NCBI GenBank assembly: GCA_025060975.1
Contig: JANZKA010000003.1
Span: 1,101-65,100, forward strand
Source of the DNA: Candidatus Culexarchaeum nevadense
Lineage (GTDB): Archaea > Thermoproteota > Methanomethylicia > Culexarchaeales > Culexarchaeaceae
Direction of reading: 5' to 3'
DNA: 64,000 bases
The notes beneath the pieces were generated by a model. It did not search any database and was not told the origin of the DNA. It saw only the letters and a list, made by a program, of their open reading frames with translations. The position numbers and the translations under genes were made by a program. The first letter of the stretch is position 1. Each line of letters begins with the position of its first letter. Of this stretch, positions 39,147 to 48,262 are shown in pieces.

Positions 39147-39826
39147 ATTGATTCATGAATACAAGTGTCAATTAAAGATGTAATTCTAACCCCCAGTGGA
39201 CTCATAAAATCCAATAGAATGGCAAATGGATAACCATTAACCTTAACATTCAACACAACACAACCATAAGAACATTCAAAGTAATCAGAGATATCTATCC
39301 ATGAAGAATTCACAAAAACATAGAAAGCCATCCGTGATGGATGAACTAAATGTCCATTCTCAATGAATAAGTATTTCAAAATAATCTGTGAAGAATTAAC
39401 CCTACAATCAAATACTTGAAGAGATAAATTGTAACTTAAACTACGTGTTAAAACTATATTGCCAACACGAATCTTAAATCTACAGAAACAATAGATATGG
39501 GAATCCGTCGAATTATACTTAAACTTCGAGATCGTTGAAAAGTGAAATTCATCAACACCAACTGTAGATCTATACTTGAAAAGAGCATAAGCCAAATTAC
39601 AAATAGAGGAGTTAATGAACATAGAATCTAAGGGGTAATGTCTAAGAATACCTTGAAAATACCTATCTAGAAGATTGTTCAATAAATGTAAATATAAGAA
39701 TTCAACCTCTGGAAAGTAAGTGTTTCCAAGAGTAAACATGCACACGTAAGCTCCATAAAATAGTATTACTACTGAAATTATCAAAGAGAATATTAAGAAA
39801 GCTTCACCCCTCAAAATCAACACCAA
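39035..39826 (-). CDS. pilin-like protein with putative class III (type IV prepilin) signal peptide
   Basis: N-terminus MVLILRG|EAFLIFSLIISVVILF: a charged residue and small residue before a hydrophobic helix. First gene of a four-gene same-strand cluster facing pibD. Confidence 0.4.
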   Translation of the reverse strand: MVLILRGEAFLIFSLIISVVILFYGAYVCMFTLGNTYFPEVEFLYLHLLNNLLDRYFQGILRHYPLDSMFINSSICNLAYALFKYRSTVGVDEFHFSTISKFKYNSTDSHIYCFCRFKIRVGNIVLTRSLSYNLSLQVFDCRVNSSQIILKYLFIENGHLVHPSRMAFYVFVNSSWIDISDYFECSYGCVVLNVKVNGYPFAILLDFMSPLGVRITSLIDTCIHESIHARSFSLLTMNSSFKLNMNGASLGPLSFPMSTLYIT

Positions 39827-40200
39827 GAAAATGAAATTATGAAGAAACCATTATTGGAATAGAAATAGTAGTAGAGGATTTTATTAAATGAAGCCCCCTC
39901 AGGATACTTAAATAAAACCACACCACTAAAACCATCAATAACTATGATTCCAAAATCCAATTTAAAAACAGATTTCAAAACATTATAAAGCTTCATGTAA
40001 TCCCTACACATAAAAATTTCATCTAAATAACCCGATTTATCTAGCGATAACATAAACGATAAAAACTTAACATCATTACTGATTTCACCACTTGATGGAG
40101 GAATATACTTTGAAATCAAACTATACGATAATAGTAGAGATGAGAGAAGAAGTATCACCGATAAGAATGCTTCTACGAAGAACATAGCTCCAACCCTCAA
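39817..40200 (-). CDS. pilin-like protein with putative class III signal peptide
   Basis: N-terminus MRVGA|MFFVEAFLSVILLL, sharing the EAF motif with the neighbouring gene. 127 aa. Confidence 0.4.
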   Translation of the reverse strand: MRVGAMFFVEAFLSVILLLSSLLLSYSLISKYIPPSSGEISNDVKFLSFMLSLDKSGYLDEIFMCRDYMKLYNVLKSVFKLDFGIIVIDGFSGVVLFKYPEGASFNKILYYYFYSNNGFFIISFSWC

Positions 40201-40203
40201 ACA

Positions 40204-40569
40204 CTACACCCCAGGAACTCCAGCAATATATATTCTGCCATTAAACTCGATGAATATGGGATAAGAAAGGTTCAGTAAACATTCAGCCCCATAGACATTA
40301 TACTCGAAAAGAACTATTGAGAACTTACAGTTTAAATCTTTAAAATCATAATCATATTGTAATCTAAACTCAACAGTGGAACTGTTTAAAGGTATCTTAG
40401 AATTTACAATGCTTACTTCAACCCCCCTAACAATAATAGATTTACAAGACTTGTCAATACACAAATAAACATAATCGCCAATTAAAGCTAGATTGTGAAG
40501 GGAGAAGAATAAAACCGAAATCAGAAGAACTATTGAAAACGAGAATTCAATGGTCATAGACATCTTCAA
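40204..40569 (-). CDS. pilin-like protein with putative class III signal peptide
   Basis: N-terminus MKMS|MTIEFSFSIVLLISVLF. The IEFSF motif is shared with the 40566..41009 product. 121 aa. Confidence 0.4.
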   Translation of the reverse strand: MKMSMTIEFSFSIVLLISVLFFSLHNLALIGDYVYLCIDKSCKSIIVRGVEVSIVNSKIPLNSSTVEFRLQYDYDFKDLNCKFSIVLFEYNVYGAECLLNLSYPIFIEFNGRIYIAGVPGV

Positions 40570-41009
40570 CCACCATAAATCAAAATCTCAACAATTCCAC
40601 CATAACATTTCAATTTCAAAATTATGATACCACCACAAATTTTCAAGTATGATTCTGAAGCCCTCACATAATGTGGCAATTTAATAGAATAAGCCGATTC
40701 ACCTTCACCAACAATTATCATCACACAGCCATCATCATTAACAAGCCTTAAAATGTATGGAGCTGAAGAAAGCCTATAAGGAAGAGTTATTTTCAACTCA
40801 ACTTCTTCAACCCCAGAATAACTTGCTAAACTAAGCAATCCATTAATAGATGAATATATCAATGCACAAATAAGCCTATCATGCTCAAATCTTAGCCTAT
40901 CAACACCACCATAAACTATGATCCCAAAATAGTATGCAACTGAAGAGCAAATGATCATTGAAATAAGCAGTAAAAATGAAAATTCAATACTCTTAAATTC
41001 AACCACCAT
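40566..41009 (-). CDS. pilin-like protein with putative class III signal peptide
   Basis: N-terminus MVVEFKS|IEFSFLLLISMII. Paralogous N-terminus to 40204..40569. 147 aa. Confidence 0.4.
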   Translation of the reverse strand: MVVEFKSIEFSFLLLISMIICSSVAYYFGIIVYGGVDRLRFEHDRLICALIYSSINGLLSLASYSGVEEVELKITLPYRLSSAPYILRLVNDDGCVMIIVGEGESAYSIKLPHYVRASESYLKICGGIIILKLKCYGGIVEILIYGG

Positions 41010-41056
41010 TTAAACAGATCAAAATAGTATTTAAAGGATAACACTTAATAATACAA

Positions 41057-41200
41057 TTATTCAATTGGAAATTCATGCCCACACTTTGGACATTTAGCAT
41101 AGCCACATGAACCAAAAACAGAATACCTACATCCACTACATGAAAACGTTCTAGAATAAGTTAAATCAAACTTATACCCACAATTTGGGCAAATAAGCAT
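41057..41200 (-). CDS. 47-aa Zn-ribbon protein (MLICPNCGYKFDLTYSRTFSCSGCRYSVFGSCGYAKCPKCGHEFPIE)
   Basis: Not in the ORF track (<60 aa). ATG at 41198-41200, TAA at 41057-41059, six Cys in CxxC pairs. Lies between the pilin-like cluster and pibD. Confidence 0.35.
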   Translation of the reverse strand: MLICPNCGYKFDLTYSRTFSCSGCRYSVFGSCGYAKCPKCGHEFPIE

Positions 41201-41341
41201 TTTAGAGCCACTAGACTTAAACTTCAAACTTCACACCAATAAGCAAAGTAAAGAAGCTTAAAAATAAATCTTTCACATATCACTTAAACATGATTACATG
41301 ATTAATATATGTAATACGAGAAATAGTAATTTGAGGATTAA

Positions 41342-42145
41342 ATGATTGATGGAGTATACTACGTTAGATACATAATTGCAGCAATAGGCTTAACCATATC
41401 ATCATGGCAGGATTGGAGAAGTAGAGAGATAAATGATCTAATATGGGTTTTCATGACAGCTTCCGGAATACCATTACTAATATATGAAGCTTATATTAGG
41501 GGATTTGGATTCTGGATTATACTCTCAGCTACATCAATACTCTTCTCCACAATAACTGGATTAACATTATACAAATTAGACTTCTTTGGAGGAGCAGATG
41601 CTAAAGCACTTATATCCCTAAGCCTACTTATACCAGTAATACCAGAGGAATTATCCATAAAACTTGGTACACATCCAATAACATCGATATCGATATTCAA
41701 CAACTCAATAATATTATCCACAACACCAGCAATTTATCTGCTGATAAGGAATACATGTAGAATGGCTACTGGTGAGAGTATATTTACTGGATTAGAAAGG
41801 GAAAGCATCATTAAAAAGATCTTGGCAATGATGACTGGATATAGGATAAAATTGAGTGAACTTAAAGACAAAAGATTCCTATACCCAATAGAAGAAGTGA
41901 AATTGGAAAATGGAGTTATTAAGAGGAAGTTGAGTGTAAGAATTGGAGCATCATTAGGTGAAGAAAGGTTAGAGGATATAATAAAACTTTACAATGATGG
42001 AGTATTGGAAGGAGAAATATGGGTAACACCAGCTCTACCACTAATAATATTCATAGCTATAGGCACACTCATAACTTTCACTTATGGAGATATTGTGATG
42101 AAATTCATGCGTAGTTTAGGCGATATACGATTCAACTTAAGATAA
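41342..42145 (+). CDS. pibD: type IV prepilin / preflagellin peptidase (PibD/FlaK, A24 family)
   Basis: Two catalytic Asp contexts: SWQDWRSREIND near TM1 and FFGGADAKAL (GxGD-like). Polytopic, 267 aa. Confidence 0.75.
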   Translation: MIDGVYYVRYIIAAIGLTISSWQDWRSREINDLIWVFMTASGIPLLIYEAYIRGFGFWIILSATSILFSTITGLTLYKLDFFGGADAKALISLSLLIPVIPEELSIKLGTHPITSISIFNNSIILSTTPAIYLLIRNTCRMATGESIFTGLERESIIKKILAMMTGYRIKLSELKDKRFLYPIEEVKLENGVIKRKLSVRIGASLGEERLEDIIKLYNDGVLEGEIWVTPALPLIIFIAIGTLITFTYGDIVMKFMRSLGDIRFNLR

Positions 42146-42625
42146 AAGCATTTTTATTGGATTCAAACCTAAGTCAATATACAATTTACATATGGAATCC
42201 AATAGCTCATCATGATCTATGAATCTAAAATAATGTAAATGACTTAGACATCTACAATCAGAACACCCAAAACCAATTATTGGAACACCATTAAGCATAC
42301 TAAGTAGAGCTGTAGCTATACTACACTCAAATCTAAAAGCACTATGGGATGCACATAAACTCTTCACATAAACCACATCTGCTGACAACAAGTAGTCTAT
42401 ATGCCACTTCAACCTTTTACCATACTTCCTTAAATGTCTTGAAATCCTATTATACAACCCAAACTTTCCACCAAGAGCTGAACCAGTATAAGTGTATAAT
42501 CCAGCTTTGAAGTGAATTAAACCCATACAGCCAACTCTAATGCTGATATCCCGTGAAACCATAATTATAAGTGTGTAAGTCCCACCATCAAGAGGTTTAA
42601 GTTCTTCTAACAACCCATGAAACAC
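42137..42625 (-). CDS. GIY-YIG domain protein (DUF123 / Uri-superfamily endonuclease-like)
   Basis: GIY-YIG-like core (TYTLIIMV...GLYTYTGSA) and conserved Arg/Glu downstream. 162 aa. Confidence 0.45.
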   Translation of the reverse strand: MFHGLLEELKPLDGGTYTLIIMVSRDISIRVGCMGLIHFKAGLYTYTGSALGGKFGLYNRISRHLRKYGKRLKWHIDYLLSADVVYVKSLCASHSAFRFECSIATALLSMLNGVPIIGFGCSDCRCLSHLHYFRFIDHDELLDSICKLYIDLGLNPIKMLLS

Positions 42626-42720
42626 TAAAGTTAATTAGTATGAAACCAATAAATAAACTATTGGGCTATGAAGAGGAACTCGGGTTCTGATTTTAATGAA
42701 GACGTTAGACCATCTGAGCC

Positions 42721-42786
42721 TGCGCAACGATGAATAACGGGACAAAGCGCTGATCAATGATGATGCCGCTATAAATGAGTTGCGCA
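42721..42786 (+). ncRNA. candidate C/D-box sRNA (2'-O-methylation guide)
   Basis: Palindromic UGCGCA at both ends forms a terminal stem. Layout: C-like box ACGAUGA, 16 nt, D' CUGA, 3 nt, C' AUGAUGA, 11-12 nt, D-like AUGA/UGAG. The segment is locally GC-rich, intergenic, and on the strand opposite both flanking genes. Confidence 0.35.
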
Positions 42787-42815
42787 ATCAAAATCTGATA
42801 TTGAGAAATGAAAAT

Positions 42816-43028
42816 TCACTTTGGGGTAAACTCTTTAGGTTTAATCCAAGCATATCTAGTAGGGGTAGTCTTCACTATCTCAAATATCTGATCCCAAATT
42901 AAACCATACTTCTTGGCAAGTTCATCAAAAGTGTAATTGTAATGCACCCATTCATAGAAAATCCTATGCTTCAAATCTTCAGGGATACTTGAAATATCTG
43001 AACCACTACTCTCACTCATATAAATCAC
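42816..43028 (-). CDS. small hypothetical protein (70 aa)
   Basis: ORF only. Confidence 0.25.
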   Translation of the reverse strand: MIYMSESSGSDISSIPEDLKHRIFYEWVHYNYTFDELAKKYGLIWDQIFEIVKTTPTRYAWIKPKEFTPK

Positions 43029-43134
43029 AAAATGAATGATACATTATGGAGGTAAATAACATTTTCGCAACCTTAAACCAACAAAGATAAATATTTGTCT
43101 TTGGCTTAAAGCATTAGGCAAGGGTGTAAATTAA

Positions 43135-43443
43135 ATGACTGCCAAGAAGATAATCGTGGTTTCAGCATCATGGGAAGAAGCTTCAAAGTACGTTAAAAAA
43201 GCTGTATCAGAATTAGCTAAAGAAATGGGATTTGAAGTGGAATTCAAGGAAGAAGACTATGAATTCCTAGACAAATACGGCGTAAAAAATGAGTATGGAG
43301 GCATAGACATACCACAAGTATTCATACAAGATAAAGAGGTAATAAAGTACGTGATGTCCAGAGTACCATTAAATGAGAGGGGGCAACCAGATATAGATGC
43401 AGCTAAGAAAATACTATTGGAAGCTATGGGTGAAAAATCTTGA
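43135..43443 (+). CDS. hypothetical thioredoxin-fold-like protein lacking the CxxC pair
   Basis: A beta-alpha-beta start (KKIIVVSASW) and a glutaredoxin-like IPQVFIQDKEV, but no redox cysteines. Overlaps the next gene by 4 nt (ATGA). Confidence 0.3.
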   Translation: MTAKKIIVVSASWEEASKYVKKAVSELAKEMGFEVEFKEEDYEFLDKYGVKNEYGGIDIPQVFIQDKEVIKYVMSRVPLNERGQPDIDAAKKILLEAMGEKS

Positions 43444-43865
43444 AAAGCATAGTAATACTCTCCGAAAACGGGAATTCCAAAATATACAAGGAGATGAATT
43501 TAGATTTAGATAAAGCTGTAAAGGAGATAGCCAAGGAAGCCATGGAATTATGGGATTGCAAGAAATCAGATTTCATCATAATAAAAGATAGCTATCCAAT
43601 GGAGATAAAATTACCATTAACAAGTGAGGAATATGAGGTATACTCCAAATTAAACATTCAAAGAACTCAGCAAAAAACCATTATAGTAGATCTACCAGTA
43701 TACATAATATCATTTGATAATGAATGGTTTAACGATGGATACAAAGATAACAAAGTATTCATAGTAACCATTGGAGCCCCATTTAGAGAAGAAGCTAAGA
43801 AGGAGATTATGGATTGGTGTAGTGAAATAACCTCAAAGGAAACTAGCGAGGAAGGGGAGAAGTAA
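43440..43865 (+). CDS. hypothetical protein (141 aa)
   Basis: ORF only. Translationally coupled to the upstream gene. Confidence 0.3.
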   Translation: MKSIVILSENGNSKIYKEMNLDLDKAVKEIAKEAMELWDCKKSDFIIIKDSYPMEIKLPLTSEEYEVYSKLNIQRTQQKTIIVDLPVYIISFDNEWFNDGYKDNKVFIVTIGAPFREEAKKEIMDWCSEITSKETSEEGEK

Positions 43866-43867
43866 AC

Positions 43868-44263
43868 TCAACTACCAAAAATCCAAAATCTTTTCTTCTT
43901 ATCAGTTGAAGCTGAAGCCATCTGCTTAGCCCTCTTTTTAGCTTCTTTAGCAGCTCTCTCCTTCTCCTTCTCAATCTCCACAAGTTCTTCAATCCTCTTA
44001 ATAAGTTCTTCAACAGCAGACCTATCATGGAATATTGCTGTTATCTCATCAACTATTGGATTTGTAGTTATAGCTTTAATGTAGGGGAAAAGATAGAATA
44101 TTGCCATTTCAGCTCCAATAAAGCTTAATGGTTTAAAGGTTTCAAGAAGCATTATTGCAGGGGTTTCAAGACCACGTTTAACTATTTCAGTTGCAATCTT
44201 ATCTATAAGTTCCTTCCTCCTTTCAGGTGTTAATTCTAAATTTACATATGCCAATGTAAGCAC
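43868..44263 (-). CDS. hypothetical protein with Lys/Glu-rich C-terminal tail
   Basis: ORF only. Confidence 0.3.
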   Translation of the reverse strand: MLTLAYVNLELTPERRKELIDKIATEIVKRGLETPAIMLLETFKPLSFIGAEMAIFYLFPYIKAITTNPIVDEITAIFHDRSAVEELIKRIEELVEIEKEKERAAKEAKKRAKQMASASTDKKKRFWIFGS

Positions 44264-44305
44264 CCTATAAATATTTAGTTCAACATAGGATAATTAATTT
44301 TTCCA

Positions 44306-45217
44306 TCATGTATGCATGAGAAGGTCTCTAAGTCTAGACTCAGCAAATTGCCTATAAGACTTAATTACCTCTGGAAAGTTTTCAGCAGTACTAACATTTT
44401 CCTCTAGAATAACATAATATTTTTGATGTGCCCCAGGAATATGCTTCCTCAAAGCCTCATACAATTTTATTCCAAGTTCAGCAGCTTTTTCACATTTAGG
44501 ATCATGTGGTATGAAATTGCTTGAGAAGAATGAGAACACATTTGGCTTATCCCCAGCCATCCTCAGATTCTTGATCTGTTCAGATATCCTACCCTCAACA
44601 TAAATTCCTGAAGCCCTTTCCTCAGCATACCTCTTAACACAACACTCAGGATATCCAAGTATACTTCCAAGTTCACTAACAAATTTTGAAGAAAGCTCCT
44701 CCGGATATGCAAGTAGAGATGGTGGTAAACTAATATTTTGCATTTGGTATATTGCCCTCCTAATCTCCCTTCTAATGTAAAATAGATTCTTCAACCTTTT
44801 CCCCACATTTTTATCCTTGAACAAATAGACTTCACATATGCTAGGTCTAACTTTATCCATCTCCATTCTTAAACCAAGCTTCTTAGCCCAATACTCATGA
44901 GCCTTAAATACATCAGACTCCAAAACATACTTTTTAAACAATTCATCAATCTTCTTCCTTAACTCAATTATCAACTCCCCTCTCAACTGTATATCCCTAG
45001 TAGACATTATCAACGCCAGATCATCCTTACATTCAAGATCGATCTTAGCACCAAGCTCTCTAGCATTTGGAAGCTCTGCAACCATAGTGAAGAAGGATGC
45101 TGGTCTAACATCAAAATAAACTGAGAGGTAATCTTCAAATTTAACCCTATCCAAAATACGTTTATCCTCCATAAAAGACCTCAACAATTCACTCATGAAA
45201 TTCACCAAAATACTCAT
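44306..45217 (-). CDS. conserved hypothetical protein with GYPECC ... HDPKC motif
   Basis: 303-aa ORF with clustered Cys/His (ECC, H-x3-C) suggesting a metal site. No family assigned. Confidence 0.35.
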   Translation of the reverse strand: MSILVNFMSELLRSFMEDKRILDRVKFEDYLSVYFDVRPASFFTMVAELPNARELGAKIDLECKDDLALIMSTRDIQLRGELIIELRKKIDELFKKYVLESDVFKAHEYWAKKLGLRMEMDKVRPSICEVYLFKDKNVGKRLKNLFYIRREIRRAIYQMQNISLPPSLLAYPEELSSKFVSELGSILGYPECCVKRYAEERASGIYVEGRISEQIKNLRMAGDKPNVFSFFSSNFIPHDPKCEKAAELGIKLYEALRKHIPGAHQKYYVILEENVSTAENFPEVIKSYRQFAESRLRDLLMHT

Positions 45218-45244
45218 ATAAAAATTACATAAACATGTAAATAA

Positions 45245-45631
45245 GTGTTGGGGGATCTAATGGAAGGAAGAATGCCCAGCTTGAAAGAATATGTTGCAAG
45301 TGCACTTCTAGCAGATGCACCTGGATGGCTAGTAATAGCCTTAATATCATACATCACGGAATATATGAAAGAACTATTATCTGTTGCTGAAGCAATAATA
45401 GTAGCTTCATTCCTAATATCAACAATAATTTCAAGCTACCTGATATGTAGAGTGGCATATAGAGATAGGGTGAAAATTGGTTTAACCATTGGATTAACAG
45501 CAGTAATGTTAAACATATTTTTCCTATCAATTTTCGGCAGGATTCCTATATTTCTCGTAATAGAACTTCTAAGTGTTCAAGTATTTGGGGGGGTTTTAGG
45601 AGCATACATGGTGGAGAGAAAGGCTAAGTAA
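45245..45631 (+). CDS. small membrane protein (4 TM)
   Basis: ORF only, hydrophobic. Confidence 0.3.
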   Translation: MLGDLMEGRMPSLKEYVASALLADAPGWLVIALISYITEYMKELLSVAEAIIVASFLISTIISSYLICRVAYRDRVKIGLTIGLTAVMLNIFFLSIFGRIPIFLVIELLSVQVFGGVLGAYMVERKAK

Positions 45632-45637
45632 AACATT

Positions 45638-48262
45638 TCACTTTTTAAAGAAGAATTTATCAAGGCTCCTAACCCCAAATATTTCATCCAGATTTATCCC
45701 TATAGCTTCGAGGATTTGCCTCAAAGTAGTCTCCATATGACCAATATACTTATCCACATCAACTTCATCAATTCTGGCAAGCTGAATAGGCTTAACCCCC
45801 ATCTCCCCCTTAACCTTAACATACGATATTATATCTCCAGCCCCAAGCCTCCTATGTTGGAACTTCTCAAGAAGCTTTGCAGCCTTAACATGTTGAGGGG
45901 TAGTTTTAACGTAATGATCGAGATCTCTTGAAAGCTTAACTTTAAAGGCTAAATCATCTAGATTTAGCTCCCTACACTTCAACTTAACATAGTAATCTCT
46001 AACTACACTCCTAATCTTCATTTTAGCCTCCTCAAAATCCTTTGGGCTCTGAACTTTCCCAAGTATCTCCACAACATCCATGAAAAGCTTCTTCAAGAAT
46101 TCAGGTGTATTCCTCTTCTTACCCACAAGACCTTTAATGTCCACGGAACCATCATTGAAGACTCCAAGATAATTCTTCTTAAGACCGGAGAAGGTGACAT
46201 ACCTATAAACCTTATCCACATCCAAATCTATCTTAAACTCACTAATAGACCAATCTATTAAACTCTTAATCTGACTCTGTGTTGGTTGATGTAAGAATAT
46301 GCTATCAGTATCACCATATAGTACATCAACACCCAAAACCTTAGCTTTCTCAATTGTCTTGGAAATTATGTATCTACCAATTGCAGTAATACTTTCAGCT
46401 ACAGGTGGACAGTACAACGGGAAATTCTCATCCCCCATAACACCGTAACTGGCATTTAGAAAGACCTTTAAACCTTGCTCAACAACAGAATACCAAGTTC
46501 TCACATTGGGATCTAAACTCTTATCCTTGGCTTTAGGTTTAAACCAGTAAACCCTCATGTTCCTAAGCATTCCAATAATAATTGAGGAAAGCCCTCTCCT
46601 CTTAGTGCATATCCAATGTGGAAGTTCTGGGACCTTGTTCCTCTTACACTCTTCATGTGGACAATTTATAGTCTCATAAGATAGATTCCACCTATATAAC
46701 ACTGATGGGTATAGTGATGCAAAATCAAGTACGGTGACATTGAAGTATATTCCAGGTTTAGGTTCAATAACTATAGCCCCCATATACTTCTTACCTTTAA
46801 TTAAAGCTCTAGTTACTGAAACCCCCTTAGCTGCAATTATGTCCTCCTTTGACGGTATCAAATAATTCCTCTTCCTATGCTCATAATAAAGCATATTCCT
46901 AATCCAAACTGAAACACCCCTCCTCACAACATCACCCATACTGAGCTTACTAATTCTCATCAATAGAATTATCAATTTCATAACAATTCCATCATTGAAA
47001 GATGTTAAGTTGAGAGTTATCTCAGCATCTCTAAAACAGTAGGCTGCCAAATCATAATAGGATAACTCGCTTATCAGTCTATCCAATGTTATCTTCCCAA
47101 CACCCAAGAGGGATGTAGCCACAGCATCGAGGGTTGCATCCTTATACCTATTCCCAAAAGCATAAACTTGAATGGACCTATTACTGAAAAACTTATACAA
47201 ATCTATATGAACCCCTGGAACTACATCAACATAATTTCTGCCCATGGCTAAGGGGATCTCCTCACGCTTAATACCAATATTTGAAGCTCTATGCCTAAGA
47301 TAGTTTAAATCGAAATCATCACCATTAAAAGTGACTATTATTGGATATGAAGTTATAAGCTTGAAAACTTCACGCAACATCTCCCCCTCATCATCATAAA
47401 ACCTTATCTCAACATCTTCGGGGAGAGTTTTAGGTTTAACACCCTCATCAATCCCCTCCCTCTTAAGCATGAAAACCCTCTTCAAACCATTAGAAGAAAC
47501 GCAAGAAACGCATATAACTGGATCCTCAGCTTTAGAGGGTTCTGGAATCCTATTAGCTGTGGAGAGAACCTCAATATCTATAGCTAATCTAGGTATATCT
47601 GGAACTGGAATCAAGAATAATGGAAGCCAATCCTTAACGCAATCCAAAACCTCACTAGGCTCACCATTAAAAATCTTCAATATTTCCGAAGCTACATCCA
47701 TAGGAATCTCTATGGGTGCAAGCTTCAAATCCCCATCAACAACCATATAGTAGAGACCAGGGATTAATCTAGCATCATAAATATAGCAATTATTATATGG
47801 AATTCTATCCTCCCAAGCCTTTGGAAGTATTTCCCTAATACTCTTCCTCCTACCACCAATTGAAAGAGGATCTGAAGCAACTATTTTAGAAAACTTTAAA
47901 ACTCTATCCCTAATTGGATCATACTTCTCAATTTCATAAACCCCTCTAAATCCCTTATGAACTACAACAGCATGCCTCTTAACTTGATCAGGAGTTAAAT
48001 CTGTTAAGCAATACGGCATATGCCCAGTATTATCATGCCAATAATATATCTTATCATTAGATGGATCATAAAGTTTACATAAAGCTTTACCAGCAGAACC
48101 ATCATATGTAACTGCAAGCAGTATGCATGGACCAGTATTCTTAGGCTCCTCAACAGTTATGGGAACTACCTCAAGCTCCTCCTCTTCAAAAGACTCCCTA
48201 AACTCCTCCTCTTCCTCTTCAAAAGACTCCTCAACCCTCTCATCTAAACCTCCAACGCTCAT
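45638..48262 (-). CDS. polB: family B DNA polymerase (replicative PolB) with acidic N-terminal tail
   Basis: Exo I AIDIEV, Pol motif A LDFASLYPS, Pol motif C YGDTDS. 874 aa. The first ~35 residues are Glu-rich (SFEEEEEEFRESFEEEELE). Confidence 0.85.
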   Translation of the reverse strand: MSVGGLDERVEESFEEEEEEFRESFEEEELEVVPITVEEPKNTGPCILLAVTYDGSAGKALCKLYDPSNDKIYYWHDNTGHMPYCLTDLTPDQVKRHAVVVHKGFRGVYEIEKYDPIRDRVLKFSKIVASDPLSIGGRRKSIREILPKAWEDRIPYNNCYIYDARLIPGLYYMVVDGDLKLAPIEIPMDVASEILKIFNGEPSEVLDCVKDWLPLFLIPVPDIPRLAIDIEVLSTANRIPEPSKAEDPVICVSCVSSNGLKRVFMLKREGIDEGVKPKTLPEDVEIRFYDDEGEMLREVFKLITSYPIIVTFNGDDFDLNYLRHRASNIGIKREEIPLAMGRNYVDVVPGVHIDLYKFFSNRSIQVYAFGNRYKDATLDAVATSLLGVGKITLDRLISELSYYDLAAYCFRDAEITLNLTSFNDGIVMKLIILLMRISKLSMGDVVRRGVSVWIRNMLYYEHRKRNYLIPSKEDIIAAKGVSVTRALIKGKKYMGAIVIEPKPGIYFNVTVLDFASLYPSVLYRWNLSYETINCPHEECKRNKVPELPHWICTKRRGLSSIIIGMLRNMRVYWFKPKAKDKSLDPNVRTWYSVVEQGLKVFLNASYGVMGDENFPLYCPPVAESITAIGRYIISKTIEKAKVLGVDVLYGDTDSIFLHQPTQSQIKSLIDWSISEFKIDLDVDKVYRYVTFSGLKKNYLGVFNDGSVDIKGLVGKKRNTPEFLKKLFMDVVEILGKVQSPKDFEEAKMKIRSVVRDYYVKLKCRELNLDDLAFKVKLSRDLDHYVKTTPQHVKAAKLLEKFQHRRLGAGDIISYVKVKGEMGVKPIQLARIDEVDVDKYIGHMETTLRQILEAIGINLDEIFGVRSLDKFFFKK

